From Octopus vulgaris (Eukaryota): a stretch of 64,000 nt of DNA. Shown here piece by piece: positions 63,212-64,000 of this stretch. Within the stretch, counting starts at the first letter, position 1; every line of letters starts with the position of its first letter. The translations under genes and the position numbers were made by a program. A model generated the notes under the pieces. It made no database searches. It was not told where the DNA came from and saw only the letters and a list, made by a program, of their open reading frames with translations. The stretch lies in contig OX597822.1 in NCBI GenBank assembly GCA_951406725.2, positions 24,738,001 through 24,802,000 on the forward strand, in the 5' to 3' direction.

Positions 63212-64000
63212 TATGTTACACAAATTAAAAATTTTTGGTCTATAAATGTTGCTAATTATAGCATAATTCATAGGAAAGTTTATTTGTATACAAACAATTG
63301 ATTATTGACACCATACATACAACCAATCATACTTCTTCAAATATCGCATAGTCTGGATGAAGCTTTCATATTTTCGATGTCTCAGGTTGTAAGTCATCAT
63401 CATCATCAGTAGTAACAACAGCATTATCCTCATTCTTAAATTCACTTTTCCATGTTTGTAGGTTCTCTTTTTATCCATGTTAGTATGACTTGCATGAGTG
63501 TGTAATATAACATCTTTCAATATATTGTGATCTTTTCTTCTGCAATTTCTAAGACATCTAACTGAAATATTTCTTGGTCGATTTCTCTATGTGTTTCTTT
63601 CAACCAGATATTTATCATTCTAAAATGATCAGCTCTCTCTTTATAGAGGACACCAAAATGTTCTTTATATATATATCTGATCTCATTTATGGAAGATAAC
63701 TCTTTTCACTCACACTCACACATTGTCTTTCATTCCAAAGGGAAAAGATAAGCAACCATGACATTGGTTTTGTCAAAACTTCAAAGCAATAGAAAAGCAG
63801 AAAGTAAAAGACAACGTTTACTTGTACTTGATTCAGAACAAAATTTAACATGTTTGGGTGAACAATTTTTTTTTTATCCATTCATAAAATGTATTTAGTC
63901 CTTCTGGGACCATATTTTTAATACACAATCTAAAAGAATCAATTAGTTTTGAAAAATCTAAAGATAATAAAAATAATTGAAAAAATTGAGTAAAAATATA

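Overview
AT-rich animal genomic DNA dense in microsatellites and SINEs. The repeat landscape resembles Octopus or another coleoid cephalopod (inference). Nearly the whole window is one minus-strand gene for an FHOD-family formin (FHOD1/FHOD3/Fhos-like), with both gene ends outside the window. I traced 18 core coding exons from 61672 down to 201. All have GT-AG sites and consistent phases, and together they give about 3,021 nt (about 1,007 codons) covering the end of the GBD, the FH3/DID, a charged linker, the polyproline FH1 and most of FH2. Most short exons are absent from the ORF track. The most interesting signals lie in the introns. (1) Two candidate alternative N-termini (58188-58013 + 55758-55724, and 53738-53687) splice in frame near the GBD/FH3 boundary, and one sits inside a ~100-bp inverted-repeat pair. 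(2) A 9-nt microexon with regulated-microexon architecture and a TAG-CAG-AAG tandem acceptor would both tune the FH2 linker. (3) Several pre-mRNA hairpins and inverted repeats are candidate ADAR substrates. (4) There is a Penelope-type minimal hammerhead motif, a locally templated insertion with a 14-bp target duplication, tandem SINE arrays and a triple-nested transposon. Repeat boundaries are approximate, and none of the alternative-splicing calls has transcript support yet.
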